Part shown: positions 19,651 through 29,617 of the stretch, one piece after another
Numbering within the stretch: position 1 is the stretch's first letter
Layout: each line of letters opens with the position of its first letter
Source: Myxococcota bacterium
Lineage (GTDB): Bacteria; Myxococcota_A; Bradymonadia; UBA7976; UBA1532
Assembly: GCA_036337435.1 (NCBI GenBank)
Contig: JAYZEG010000058.1
Span: forward strand, 96,001-160,000
Reading direction: 5' to 3'
DNA: 64,000 bases
Notes under the pieces: generated by a model
The model's input: only the letters and a program-made list of their open reading frames with translations
Databases searched by the model: none
What the model was told of the DNA's origin: nothing
Position numbers and translations under genes: made by a program

Positions 19651-20445
19651 TTAAACAGCGACCGGTGCACGAATTGCCGGTTCATACTGATACCCATCCA
19701 AACGAATATGTTCGTATCGGAAGTCATCGAGTTTTTTGATGGATGGGTCCAATTCAAGTTTGGGTAATGGCTTTGGTGCACGTGATAATTGGGTTTTCAC
19801 CTGCTCGATGTGATTGGTATAGATGTGAGCATCGCCGATTGTGTGGACAAAATCGCCGACCCCCAAGCCTGTGACCTGTGCAATCATGTGAGTCAACAAG
19901 GCATACGACGCAATGTTGAACGGAACACCAAGAAACAAATCCGCGCTTCGTTGGTATAGCTGGCATGAAAGTTCATTGTTTGCGACATAAAACTGAAAGA
20001 GAAGATGACAGGGGGGCAGCTTCATCTTTTCGATCTCACCGACATTCCAAGCACTGACAATCAGACGACGTGAATTTGGATTTTTTTCAATTTGGTCGAC
20101 CACTTGAGCAATCTGATCGATTGTATTTCCCCTTGCTGTTCCCCAAGACCGCCACTGGGCACCATATACGGGACCTAAGTCACCATTTGGGTCAGCCCAA
20201 GCATCCCAAATCCCAACGTTATTTTCTTTCAGATAGCCAATATTAGTCTCACCTCGGAGAAACCACAGCAGTTCGTGAACCATGCTTTTCCACTGAAGTT
20301 TCTTCGTGGTCACTGCGGGAAAACCCGTGCGCAGATCATAGCGCACTTGCGCACCGAACAAACTGAGGGTTCCTGTACCTGTCCTATCTTCTTTTAGAGT
20401 GCCCTCTTCAAGAACTCGATTGAGTAAATCCAAATAGGTTTTCAT
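19651..20445 (-). CDS. thyA: Thymidylate synthase
   Basis: [32 protein letters not shown]. Confidence 0.98.
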   Translation of the reverse strand: MKTYLDLLNRVLEEGTLKEDRTGTGTLSLFGAQVRYDLRTGFPAVTTKKLQWKSMVHELLWFLRGETNIGYLKENNVGIWDAWADPNGDLGPVYGAQWRSWGTARGNTIDQIAQVVDQIEKNPNSRRLIVSAWNVGEIEKMKLPPCHLLFQFYVANNELSCQLYQRSADLFLGVPFNIASYALLTHMIAQVTGLGVGDFVHTIGDAHIYTNHIEQVKTQLSRAPKPLPKLELDPSIKKLDDFRYEHIRLDGYQYEPAIRAPVAV

Positions 20446-21317
20446 TGTCCTTTAAAACTCGCTTTTCTCTTTTCGACAAAGGCTGCCAAACCTTCCCGTG
20501 CATCTTCACTTGAGAATAGCTTGGCTTGAAGTTCACGCTCAAGGGCCAATCCATATTCTAATGGCAGCTCACCGCCACTTTGGACAGCCCGCTTAATATG
20601 TCCAACAGCAAGCCCTGCTCGCTCGGGTGAACAATAACGATTGGCCATGGCAATCACCTCGTCGACAAACTGGTCACGCGACATCGCTGCAATTGTTCTT
20701 TGCTTTCCCTTAATCTCTTTGGTCTCGGTCTCACCAATAAGTCGATGAACGAGACCTAAGTCGACTCCGGTAGACACGGGATACGTCTGTCCGCTTAACA
20801 TCATTTCCATGGCTTTTGACGCGCCGATTAAACGTGTCAGCCGCTGGGTGCCTCCTGTTCCAGGTAAAACTCCTAATGAGACTTCTGGTAACCCAACTCG
20901 GCCACCACCATTTCTTGCAATCCGCAGGTCACAACCGAGGGCGATCTCGAAGCCACCACCAACACAATGACCGTTGATGGCAGCGATCACTAATTTCGGT
21001 GTTTGCTCTAATCGTGAGACCGTTTCATTTGCGTGCAGACAAAAATAATATTTACTCGTTGCGTCTGCTGCTTCGAGCATATTGATGTTTGCTCCAGCAC
21101 AAAAATGCTCCCCATCACCGGTGATAACGATGACCTCTACATCGGGGTCGAACCGGGCTCTGAGTATACAATCATCAAGATCGCGAAACATCTTGTACGT
21201 ATACCCATTGAGGTTTTCATCTTTGAGCGTGAAAAGAGCAATGCGTCCTCGTTTTTCATAACTAACTCGAATAATTCCATCATCGCCGAAGTGATCCGCA
21301 CGAATTGTCTGGTTCAT
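20442..21317 (-). CDS. Enoyl-CoA hydratase/isomerase family protein
   Basis: [33 protein letters not shown]; both catalytic Glu present. Confidence 0.92.
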   Translation of the reverse strand: MNQTIRADHFGDDGIIRVSYEKRGRIALFTLKDENLNGYTYKMFRDLDDCILRARFDPDVEVIVITGDGEHFCAGANINMLEAADATSKYYFCLHANETVSRLEQTPKLVIAAINGHCVGGGFEIALGCDLRIARNGGGRVGLPEVSLGVLPGTGGTQRLTRLIGASKAMEMMLSGQTYPVSTGVDLGLVHRLIGETETKEIKGKQRTIAAMSRDQFVDEVIAMANRYCSPERAGLAVGHIKRAVQSGGELPLEYGLALERELQAKLFSSEDAREGLAAFVEKRKASFKGQ

Positions 21318-21391
21318 TTCTTACCTCCTTGCTGTACTGATAATCGATTCATATCATCCGCTGTCGCTTTGTCACAGGAGGTCTCTACATT

Positions 21392-22246
21392 ATGAGTATA
21401 GAAACAATCACAGTTATCGGAACCGGCACCATGGGCAATGGCATCGCTGGCCAGGCAGCACTGTCGGGATACAACGTCAACTTATTCGATATTTGTGAGG
21501 ACAAATTAAAAGCAGCCTTTGACCTGATCGAGAAAACCTATGCAAAGGGTGTATCGAAAGGAAAGATTTCGGCCAATGCTGTCGATGCTGCTCAAGGTAG
21601 ACTGAGTGGTAAAAATTGCCTAGAAGAGGCTCTTCGAACCGCCGACTTAGTCATAGAGGCCGTCCCTGAAAATATGGCTCTAAAAATCGAATTGTTCCGC
21701 TCATTCGAAACCTACGGGCGACCTGGTTTAATTATGGCATCTAATACGAGTAGCCTATCTATCACGGAAATCGCCGCCTCAGTCAGTCGCCCTGAGGCCG
21801 TTGTCGGAATGCACTTTTTCAATCCCGTGGCGATCATGCCACTTGTTGAACTGGTTCGAGGTGAATACACAACTGATGAAACCTTAAAGACAGTCCGTGC
21901 TGTGGCAGAGCAGATGAAAAAAGAGTGTATTGAAGTTAATGATTCGCCAGGTTTCGCAACAAGTCGGCTGGGGATCGCACTGGGTAATGAAGCCATGCGG
22001 ATGTTTGAAGAAGGGGTTGCCAGCGCCGCTGATATCGACAAAGCCATGGCCTTGGGCTACCGCCACCCAATTGGGCCGCTCGCGCTAACAGACTTAGTGG
22101 GTCTGGACGTGAGACTCGCGATCAGCGAACATCTTTATCGAGAGATAGGTAGCGATACATTTAGACCACCACGTATACTCAGAAAGATGGTGCGGGCAGG
22201 CAAGCTTGGCCGTAAAGTTGGTCGCGGCTTCTACGATTATTCATAA
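21392..22246 (+). CDS. 3-hydroxyacyl-CoA dehydrogenase
   Basis: GTGTMG, EAVPE, SNTSS, GMHFFNP, DLVGLD, GKLGRK. Confidence 0.94.
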   Translation: MSIETITVIGTGTMGNGIAGQAALSGYNVNLFDICEDKLKAAFDLIEKTYAKGVSKGKISANAVDAAQGRLSGKNCLEEALRTADLVIEAVPENMALKIELFRSFETYGRPGLIMASNTSSLSITEIAASVSRPEAVVGMHFFNPVAIMPLVELVRGEYTTDETLKTVRAVAEQMKKECIEVNDSPGFATSRLGIALGNEAMRMFEEGVASAADIDKAMALGYRHPIGPLALTDLVGLDVRLAISEHLYREIGSDTFRPPRILRKMVRAGKLGRKVGRGFYDYS

Positions 22247-22272
22247 AGCATTGGCTGAGAATACATAGAGAT

Positions 22273-23226
22273 ATGAATCAGGCCCTTCGAAGCACAGACA
22301 TTCTGAAGAGATTTACCTTGGTTACAGGCAAGGGCGGGGTGGGCAAGAGTACGCTTTCAGCTGCACTGGCACTCCTGTCTGCAAAACGGGGATATAAAAC
22401 ACTCGTTTGTGAACTCAATACCCATGAACGAGTCTCTCGGCTTCTAGGTCATGACCCTGCCGGCTCATCCATTAAGGAGCTCGAAGACAACCTTTGGAGT
22501 GTAAACATTAATCCAGCAGCAGCGATGCAAGAATATGGATTAATGAAACTAAAGTTTAGAGCTTTTTATAGGCTCGTTTTTGAAAATCCATTGGTCGGGG
22601 CTCTGGTCCGATTCATTCCTGGAATCAACGATTTACTCATGCTCGGGAAGGCATTTAATCACGAACGTGAAGTCGATCAGGCTGGGCAGCCGATTTGGGA
22701 TCGAATCATTATCGATGCGCCTGCTACGGGACATAGCTTAACATTCTTGACCTTGCCAAAAGTAATCATGAATGCAGTTCCAAGCGGAAACATGCATAGG
22801 GAAAGCCATGATATGTGGGAGCTGCTGGCGGACCCTAAACGGTGTGGAATTCACCTCGTCTCTTTACCCGAGGAACTACCGATTCAAGAAACGATCGATT
22901 TATTCAAGGCTTTAACTCACGATATCCAACTCCCTGTGTCCAATCTCTTTTTGAATCAGGTTCCTATGCCTGCCGTGCCTCCAGAGCTAACTGAAGATTT
23001 CAAAAAATGGAATAAGATACCATCTGATGAGTTGATTAAACCCTTGTGGGAGGCGGGTAAATTACGCGAGAAAAACCTAGCCGTTTCGACCCATTTTTTG
23101 AAGAAGCTTGAAGGATTGGATTGCCCGGTCATTTGTCTGCCGATGCAGTACGGGGTTGATTTCGGGCGGCGGGAAATAGACGCACTCGCCAAAACGATCG
23201 ACGACGCGATGGCACCCCATGATTGA
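22273..23226 (+). CDS. ArsA/Get3 family ATPase (copy A)
   Basis: GKGGVGKS deviant Walker A; DAPATGH switch II. Confidence 0.88.
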   Translation: MNQALRSTDILKRFTLVTGKGGVGKSTLSAALALLSAKRGYKTLVCELNTHERVSRLLGHDPAGSSIKELEDNLWSVNINPAAAMQEYGLMKLKFRAFYRLVFENPLVGALVRFIPGINDLLMLGKAFNHEREVDQAGQPIWDRIIIDAPATGHSLTFLTLPKVIMNAVPSGNMHRESHDMWELLADPKRCGIHLVSLPEELPIQETIDLFKALTHDIQLPVSNLFLNQVPMPAVPPELTEDFKKWNKIPSDELIKPLWEAGKLREKNLAVSTHFLKKLEGLDCPVICLPMQYGVDFGRREIDALAKTIDDAMAPHD

Positions 23227-24370
23227 TCCACTCAGAGACCGGTTAAAATCAGCCAAGTTAATCGTCACCGCTGGTTGTGGTGGCGTCGGAAAAACAACTG
23301 TGGCCGCTGCACTCTCACTTCGTGCGGCACATCTTGGTCGACGGGTTGCTGTCTTGACTATCGACCCGGCAAAGCGCCTCGCTCAAGCATTGGGTCTCAG
23401 CGAACTGAATCATGAACTCAAACGAGTGCCAACAAATGGAAAGAACACCGGTGAGCTGTGGGCGATGATGCTAGATACGAAGGCTGCGGGCGACAATATG
23501 GTCCTCAGGTTTTCCCAAGATGAAAACGTCGCCAAAGGCATACTGAACAACCGATACTATGGTTATTTTAGCAGCTCTTTAGCAGGCACTTTGGAATACA
23601 TGGCGGTTGAGCAAGTGCGCGTACTGATGGATGAGCATGACTTTGATCTAGTGGTGCTTGACACGCCGCCGGCGGCTCATGCTCTCGACTTTTTTGATGC
23701 GCCCGACAGGCTTGTTGATGGCCTGATGAAAATCCCACTCAACGCCCTCGATGGACGCGGGAGAAAAAGCATTTCCAGTCGATTAGCGAGTCAGGGTAGA
23801 CAAATTGTCCTTCGTGGACTCAATCGATTGACGGGTGGTCCGTTCCTCGATGATTTAACAGAGTTTTTGAGCCAGTTTCGAAGCATCCTTGGAGCTCTAC
23901 AGGAGGCGGGAGAACAGGTCCGTGATTTACTGCGTGCTGATGGAACAAGCTTCTTTTTGATCACCGCACCATCGGCACCAAGAATTGAGGATGCAATCGC
24001 TTTTTTTGGAGAGTTAGAACGCCGGAAGTTACCGGTTGGCGGCATTATCGTGAATCGAGTCCATCGGGAAATCATCCACAATAAAAACTCGGCTGTAAGC
24101 GCATCGAGGCTCGCCGCAGCCTGGCATGAAGCATCCTTAGAAAAGAGGACGATGACGGAATATAACGGACTCGTTGCGAGGCTCACGTCGACCTTAATGG
24201 AACACAACCAACGGGCGAGACAAGACGCCCTTGTGTGCGACCAACTTTCCCTCAGAACACAGCAAGCTCAGTTTATCGCTCCGCGCTTAAATTCGGGTCT
24301 GGGGACTCAGTCAGAACTACTAGAGCTGGCGAACCAAATTCAGATTTACGAATCAGGAACATCCCTATGA
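23219..24370 (+). CDS. ArsA/Get3 family ATPase (copy B)
   Basis: GCGGVGKTT, TIDPAKRLAQALG, DTPPAAHALDF, NRV. Confidence 0.88.
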   Translation: MIDPLRDRLKSAKLIVTAGCGGVGKTTVAAALSLRAAHLGRRVAVLTIDPAKRLAQALGLSELNHELKRVPTNGKNTGELWAMMLDTKAAGDNMVLRFSQDENVAKGILNNRYYGYFSSSLAGTLEYMAVEQVRVLMDEHDFDLVVLDTPPAAHALDFFDAPDRLVDGLMKIPLNALDGRGRKSISSRLASQGRQIVLRGLNRLTGGPFLDDLTEFLSQFRSILGALQEAGEQVRDLLRADGTSFFLITAPSAPRIEDAIAFFGELERRKLPVGGIIVNRVHREIIHNKNSAVSASRLAAAWHEASLEKRTMTEYNGLVARLTSTLMEHNQRARQDALVCDQLSLRTQQAQFIAPRLNSGLGTQSELLELANQIQIYESGTSL

Positions 24371-25575
24371 AGATGCTGTCAGAATCGAACATGAAGTACT
24401 CATTCTGCTTAAGCATCGCCGCTCCTCTTGCTGTGAGTGCGCTGCTCCTCATCGGCTGTGGTTCACGCCAAATACAGTCCAATAAGACCGTTTTAGAAAT
24501 GGAACCCGTTGTCGTCGAAGTGTCCAAGAAGGACGGAAAAAACGTCATTGAAACATATGATGCCTTCTCGCTTTTCGAGAGCGCCAAGACGTTCTACGAA
24601 CAAAACCAATTTGCTCGATGTATCAATGACTATACCCAACTCTTAGAACGGTTTCCCAGCTCACGATTTGCATTGGTCGCACTCTTTAATCGCGGGTTAT
24701 GTCTGGAAGAAGCTCTTCGACATAATGCCGCCGCAACAGATTTCCGCCTCTATATCGATCGGGCTAAAAAGGCGTCTGACAAGCTTGATGGACAATACCG
24801 TTGGGGTTTTAACCTGGTCGAGTCGGGCAATTATCCAATCGCTGTCAAACTCTATGATGACCTGCTGAGTCGCACTGATCTGGGACATTTTGACCGAGCA
24901 GAGGCCCATCTGAGGCGGGGAATATCTCTTGCAAAAATGCAGCAGTTTGCTCGGGGTGAAGGTGATATCCGGGCGGCTTTAAAGTGGATCAAGAAAGAGA
25001 CCGGCGACCAGATCATAGGGAACGATTTAGCGGCTGAGTGTCATTATCGAAAAGGTGAGATATACGGTGCCTTAAGTTCAAAAGTGTCACTGAAACTCCC
25101 TTTGAAATCCATGCAAGGAGACTTGCAATCGAAGATTCGATTCTTTCGACAATCCCAAAGTTCATATATCGATACCCTCAATGTAAGGAGCCCCTACTGG
25201 TCGACTGCGGCGGGCCTTAAGCTAGGGGAACTCTACGAACGTTTTTATGACGATGTAGTGAAAGCCGAGGTTCCGAAAGATTTTGATGAAACGATGCGGA
25301 AATACTATCTGCTCGAACTCAAAAATGAGCTGCAGCCTGTATTGACGCACTCGGTTAAAATTTACGAACGAAACATTGCTATGGGATTAAGGCTCGGTAC
25401 AGATAACCAATGGATTAAGGAAACAGAGCAGCGATTGCAAAAACTACGTGCGTTGATCGAAAAAAATGAGCGGGCCGCAGAGGCTGCCAGAAAAACCAAA
25501 CCTGAGACTGAGATGATCGATAAGCAAGCGCGTCCTGCCCGGCGGTCCAAGGCAAAAGATGCGGAGCAACGTTAA
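24367..25575 (+). CDS. TPR-repeat lipoprotein
   Basis: Lipobox LLIGC; TPR-like helices (LERFPSSRF, ALFNRGLC). Start re-called to ATG 24367 or 24391. Confidence 0.75.
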   Translation: MKMLSESNMKYSFCLSIAAPLAVSALLLIGCGSRQIQSNKTVLEMEPVVVEVSKKDGKNVIETYDAFSLFESAKTFYEQNQFARCINDYTQLLERFPSSRFALVALFNRGLCLEEALRHNAAATDFRLYIDRAKKASDKLDGQYRWGFNLVESGNYPIAVKLYDDLLSRTDLGHFDRAEAHLRRGISLAKMQQFARGEGDIRAALKWIKKETGDQIIGNDLAAECHYRKGEIYGALSSKVSLKLPLKSMQGDLQSKIRFFRQSQSSYIDTLNVRSPYWSTAAGLKLGELYERFYDDVVKAEVPKDFDETMRKYYLLELKNELQPVLTHSVKIYERNIAMGLRLGTDNQWIKETEQRLQKLRALIEKNERAAEAARKTKPETEMIDKQARPARRSKAKDAEQR

Positions 25576-26021
25576 TGCTTAGGCGAATTCTCGGCATTGA
25601 TGTCGGCACAAAGCGAATCGGGCTGGCACTCAGTGACCCAACGCATACCATCGCAACGCCGTTTGAAACACTCCACCGTACAACGCCTGAGAAAGACATT
25701 GAAACACTCATCGATTGGATCCAACAAGAAAGTGTGTCGAAAATTGTCGTGGGCTGGCCGCTTGAGACAAGTGGACGGGAAGGGCGATTAGCAAAAAAAG
25801 TCCAGCGACTGATCGATGATCTGACGGAAAAAACCGATTTGCCTATTATGAAATGGGACGAACGAATGAGTTCCGTAGCTGCAGAACGGTCTCTGATCGC
25901 AGGCGGTACGCGCCGACTTGCGCGCAGAAACCTAGTTGACAAAGTGGCCGCATCAATCATCCTACAAGGCTGGTTGGACGCCGAGATGAACAAGGATAAG
26001 AACAGCAGCAATGTCGTTTAA
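25575..26021 (+). CDS. ruvX: YqgF/RuvX pre-16S rRNA nuclease
   Basis: ILGIDVGTKRIGLALSD, VVGWP, WDERMSS, DKVAASIILQ. Confidence 0.95.
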   Translation: MLRRILGIDVGTKRIGLALSDPTHTIATPFETLHRTTPEKDIETLIDWIQQESVSKIVVGWPLETSGREGRLAKKVQRLIDDLTEKTDLPIMKWDERMSSVAAERSLIAGGTRRLARRNLVDKVAASIILQGWLDAEMNKDKNSSNVV

Positions 26022-27003
26022 GGCCATTTTTTTTGGACTCATTATAGCCACTGTTGGCATCAGCATTTACATTCATAATCGGATGAGTTTTCTCGATGAA
26101 CCCATCACTCAATCAGACACTCCGATTCGTATCGAAGTCGCAAAAGGGATGAGTTTTAAACAACTGGTCGCGCGACTGGCTCAAAGGAAGGTCATCTCTG
26201 ATGGGACTGTCTTCGAACTCTTTGCTCGTTTCTCGAACCAGGATCGGGCAATTAAGGCCGGGCATTATCTGATTAGAGGCGATATTACGCCGAGAAGACT
26301 GCTCAAGGAGTTAACTCAAGGACAACCGGAAAAGAGTGTTCGAGTCACGCTCCCTGAAGGATGGAATCGATGGCAGATTGCAGACCGGCTTACTGAGTTA
26401 AAATTGGTTAATCGAGACCGATTTTTGAGGCGGGTTGAGCTGGAGCGACTCGAGGGACGTTTGTTTCCCGATACATACAGGTTTGCTGCAAAAGCCGACA
26501 CTGACGGCGTAATTGATCGACTTCTAAGTAGGCACAATTCCGTCTGGACACAGATAAAACTCCGTGGCCATGAGCAACCAACTACATTCTCAGATGATGA
26601 GCTCATCAACATGGCATCGATGGCTCAGAAAGAATCCGGTCATTTAGATGAACAGAGAAAAATTATTCGTGTTTTCTTAAACCGGCTTAAAAAAGGTATG
26701 AAACTTCAAAGCGATCCAACATGCGTCTACGACTCTCGTCTCTACAAAACTAAGCCGAGCCCAGCGACATGCAAAGACAAGGAAAATCCATACAGCACCT
26801 ATGTCATTAGGGGCTTACCACCGACGCCAATCGGAAACCCGGGCGCGTCAGCTCTCAAGGCCGCTATGCACCCATTTGACGGAACAAGAGCCGACAAAAT
26901 CCTATTCTTTGTAGCTCGCCGAGACGGCTCAAAACGACACTATTTCAGCGAAACATACCAGGAACACAAAGCAGCAGTGGAACGTTATCTCAAAGAGAAA
27001 TAA
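26011..27003 (+). CDS. mltG: Endolytic transglycosylase MltG
   Basis: N-terminal TM, PEG, LEGRLFPDTY, ASMAQKE (catalytic Glu), LQSDPT, GLPPTPIGNPG. Confidence 0.94.
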   Translation: MSFKAIFFGLIIATVGISIYIHNRMSFLDEPITQSDTPIRIEVAKGMSFKQLVARLAQRKVISDGTVFELFARFSNQDRAIKAGHYLIRGDITPRRLLKELTQGQPEKSVRVTLPEGWNRWQIADRLTELKLVNRDRFLRRVELERLEGRLFPDTYRFAAKADTDGVIDRLLSRHNSVWTQIKLRGHEQPTTFSDDELINMASMAQKESGHLDEQRKIIRVFLNRLKKGMKLQSDPTCVYDSRLYKTKPSPATCKDKENPYSTYVIRGLPPTPIGNPGASALKAAMHPFDGTRADKILFFVARRDGSKRHYFSETYQEHKAAVERYLKEK

Positions 27004-27008
27004 GCCGG

Positions 27009-27950
27009 TTAAGAGCGTACTTTCTTTTCCACCCAATCGACATATTCAAGTCCAATATCGACGCCGGTTAACTCGCTAATTTCTCGGATTCCGGTTGGGC
27101 TGGTGACGTTAATTTCAGTCAGATAGTCTCCAATAAGATCCAGTCCAACAAACCAAAGTCCGTCCTGTCTCAACCGGGGACCTATCTTCGCACAGATTGC
27201 GCGGTCCCGTTCGGACAGTTCCACATGTTCGACTTGACCACCCACGTGTATATTACCTCGGTTCTCATTCTCTTGCGGTACACGGATGATCGCCCCTCGA
27301 ACCTCTCCATCCAACAGTATAATCCGCTTATCTCCAGTACGAGCAGCAGGAATATAGTCCTGGGCTATGACCCATCGACGACCGTTTTCCGTAAGGGTCT
27401 CGACAACACTGGCTGCGTTGCGATCATCTGGGGATACAACGAAGATGCCCGCCCCCCCATGTCCATCAACAGGTTTTAATACAGTTTCTCTCGGCCGCAT
27501 CCTAATCTGCGTCAGAAGATCATCACAATTTCGGCTTACATAGGTGTCAGGACAGAGGTCTGGAAAAAACTGAGCATATAGTTTTTCATTGGCGAATCTA
27601 ATGCCCGTTGTTGAATTGACGACAAGCGTCTCGTCGTCGACCAAATCGAGAATGTGCGTCGCATGGAGGTATGCACGGTCAACGGGCGGATCTTTACGCA
27701 TCCAAACGGTGTCAAATGATGAAAGATACGATTTTTCCCATGGTCCGGTTTCAAATGCAGCTGTCGAAGTCGTATCTATATGAATGCGGGCATAAACAGC
27801 GGCACCAAACCCGTTTTGCACGTAGAGTTGAGATTGGTCACAATAAAAGACATCGTGACCACGGGACTGAGCTGCAATGATAAAACCGACCGTTGTGTCT
27901 TTCGCGAGATCGGCATCTTCTATAGGATCCATAACAATGAGAATACGCAT
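27009..27950 (-). CDS. gshB: Glutathione synthetase
   Basis: VMDP, KDTT, MRKDPP, NEKL, GDKRI, RGNIHVGG, EINVTSPTG. Confidence 0.95.
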   Translation of the reverse strand: MRILIVMDPIEDADLAKDTTVGFIIAAQSRGHDVFYCDQSQLYVQNGFGAAVYARIHIDTTSTAAFETGPWEKSYLSSFDTVWMRKDPPVDRAYLHATHILDLVDDETLVVNSTTGIRFANEKLYAQFFPDLCPDTYVSRNCDDLLTQIRMRPRETVLKPVDGHGGAGIFVVSPDDRNAASVVETLTENGRRWVIAQDYIPAARTGDKRIILLDGEVRGAIIRVPQENENRGNIHVGGQVEHVELSERDRAICAKIGPRLRQDGLWFVGLDLIGDYLTEINVTSPTGIREISELTGVDIGLEYVDWVEKKVRS

Positions 27951-28042
27951 AGTTTTTAACGTCTCCGTTGAATGCCCAGGGTATTATCGCCGTATTGTCA
28001 CCGATTGTGATAAACAAATTTCCGATGCAGGGTAAATTTACT

Positions 28043-28654
28043 ATGAAGTCGACTCAGTTCGGATTGCTATTTCTATTGATTGCGTTGGCTTGTGCAGCCT
28101 CTTACGCGCAACCGACAAAGCAAACTCAACAAGTCAAAGAGTCAGTAACAACCAAGGATGACGCCACGCGGCCCACTTCAAAATCCGCCAACACGACCAA
28201 TCAAGACGACAAAGTGCCACCAAAGTCTGAATCTGGACAATCGGAAAAGCTGTCCGCTATCCCAGGCAAAGCAGCACCAGTGGACTCCGATTGGCATGGA
28301 CGAGCAGAAAAGTGGTTTACATCAACAGACAAAAAAGAGCGTCGAAAAGCCATGAGGCAATTTACGCGCGCACTCCGAAAGCCATGCAAGTTTTGCCACA
28401 CTACGGATTTTAAGGGCTATACGGATCGATTGCTGATTTCGCAGCAAATGATGGCTATGACTGTTGAACATGGAGTTGAATGCAAAGATTGCCATGCCGG
28501 AAAAGATGGTTTTACGAAAATGGGGCAAACCAGTGAAAAGATGTGGCAATTGGTTCATAAGAAGAAGGTTTTCTGTGAGCATTGTCACGTGCCAAAAAAT
28601 CGTTTTCAAAAGCTGACGCCGGAAGGCCAATTGTTCAAAGACAGTGGTCCCTGA
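28043..28654 (+). CDS. Exported triheme c-type cytochrome
   Basis: Signal peptide MKSTQFGLLFLLIALACAASYA (start re-called to ATG 28043); three CxxCH motifs: CKFCH, CKDCH, CEHCH. Confidence 0.82.
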   Translation: MKSTQFGLLFLLIALACAASYAQPTKQTQQVKESVTTKDDATRPTSKSANTTNQDDKVPPKSESGQSEKLSAIPGKAAPVDSDWHGRAEKWFTSTDKKERRKAMRQFTRALRKPCKFCHTTDFKGYTDRLLISQQMMAMTVEHGVECKDCHAGKDGFTKMGQTSEKMWQLVHKKKVFCEHCHVPKNRFQKLTPEGQLFKDSGP

Positions 28655-28825
28655 GTGATGTCGAACTTCATCAGAAAGCTCAACCGTAGCGTCGCTCACC
28701 GGGTGCTTAACGTGTGCAGCCACAACCGGATCTTGTCACTGGTTGAGACAATGACCCGGTTGCAAGCTCAGGGCTGGAAATGGAATCGGATTGGATTCAA
28801 AAGCACCGTAAATATCGAATCAGAA

Positions 28826-29542
28826 TTAACGTCCATCGAGACGTCTACGGTAGATGGCCGGTGCAAACCAAATGAAAGCAAGGCAGAGGATGATCACCGA
28901 GCCGATGAGCATTAGCATGTCTTTATGGTCGCTGAAGACAGCCCCTGCCGATGGGTCGGGTAAGGGTCTAAGCGAATCATCGCCACCAGGGCTCGCCCAG
29001 GTCATTGACACGCCGTCATCGGATTCCAATTTGACCCCGAGCAGAATATTTTTTTGATCGTAGTCTAGACGAATCCCCAAGTCATCAAGACCAACAGTAA
29101 GGCCTTTGTTCGCAATGGCCTCGAGTAGGCCTGGTCTAAACTCCTTAAACTCTCGCCTAAAGGCATCGACATTTCCCTCACTAAACCAGCGCGTCATATT
29201 GTCATCACCGATTTTTGATACAAATGTCTTTGCCTGAGCTTCAACCACCTCTTTTAATCCAACGGCTCGATTGCGATGAGTGACTTCAAACCAAATTGGC
29301 AAAACCACCACACAGATGGTCAGCAAAACGATGCCAACCGTTAACTTCATCTTAGTCCGTTCAAGCCACTCTAGGAAATGTGACCGCGTCCCCTGGTCTG
29401 CCATTGGCACGGTTGAGACCTGCCCAAGACGTTCGTCATCCAAGATCGCGCGGGCTGCCAGACGAGTGTCGACGCTGAGGTGTTCAGAGACACGTGAGTT
29501 TTGTGGTGGTTTCGATGAGTGAGAGTGTCTGTCTTTGACCAT
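28826..29542 (-). CDS. Hypothetical membrane protein (two TM helices)
   Basis: 238-aa ORF with TM segments LTVGIVLLTICVVVLPIW and MLIGSVIILCLAFIWFAPAIY. Confidence 0.65.
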   Translation of the reverse strand: MVKDRHSHSSKPPQNSRVSEHLSVDTRLAARAILDDERLGQVSTVPMADQGTRSHFLEWLERTKMKLTVGIVLLTICVVVLPIWFEVTHRNRAVGLKEVVEAQAKTFVSKIGDDNMTRWFSEGNVDAFRREFKEFRPGLLEAIANKGLTVGLDDLGIRLDYDQKNILLGVKLESDDGVSMTWASPGGDDSLRPLPDPSAGAVFSDHKDMLMLIGSVIILCLAFIWFAPAIYRRRLDGR

Positions 29543-29617
29543 ATATTTTGCCTGTATTCAGCTTTCTCAATACTACCCATGTTCGAAAGATAATCGAAAG
29601 AAATTAACAACTGTTAT

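Noticed and set aside
22273..24370. Arsenic resistance operon
   Set aside because: No arsB/acr3/arsC/arsR/arsD. These are single-domain proteins in a housekeeping context.
28655..28680. Hammerhead ribozyme or tRNA fragment (minus strand CUGAUGA, GUUCGA)
   Set aside because: No stem II followed by GAAA, and no T-stem or cloverleaf pairing.
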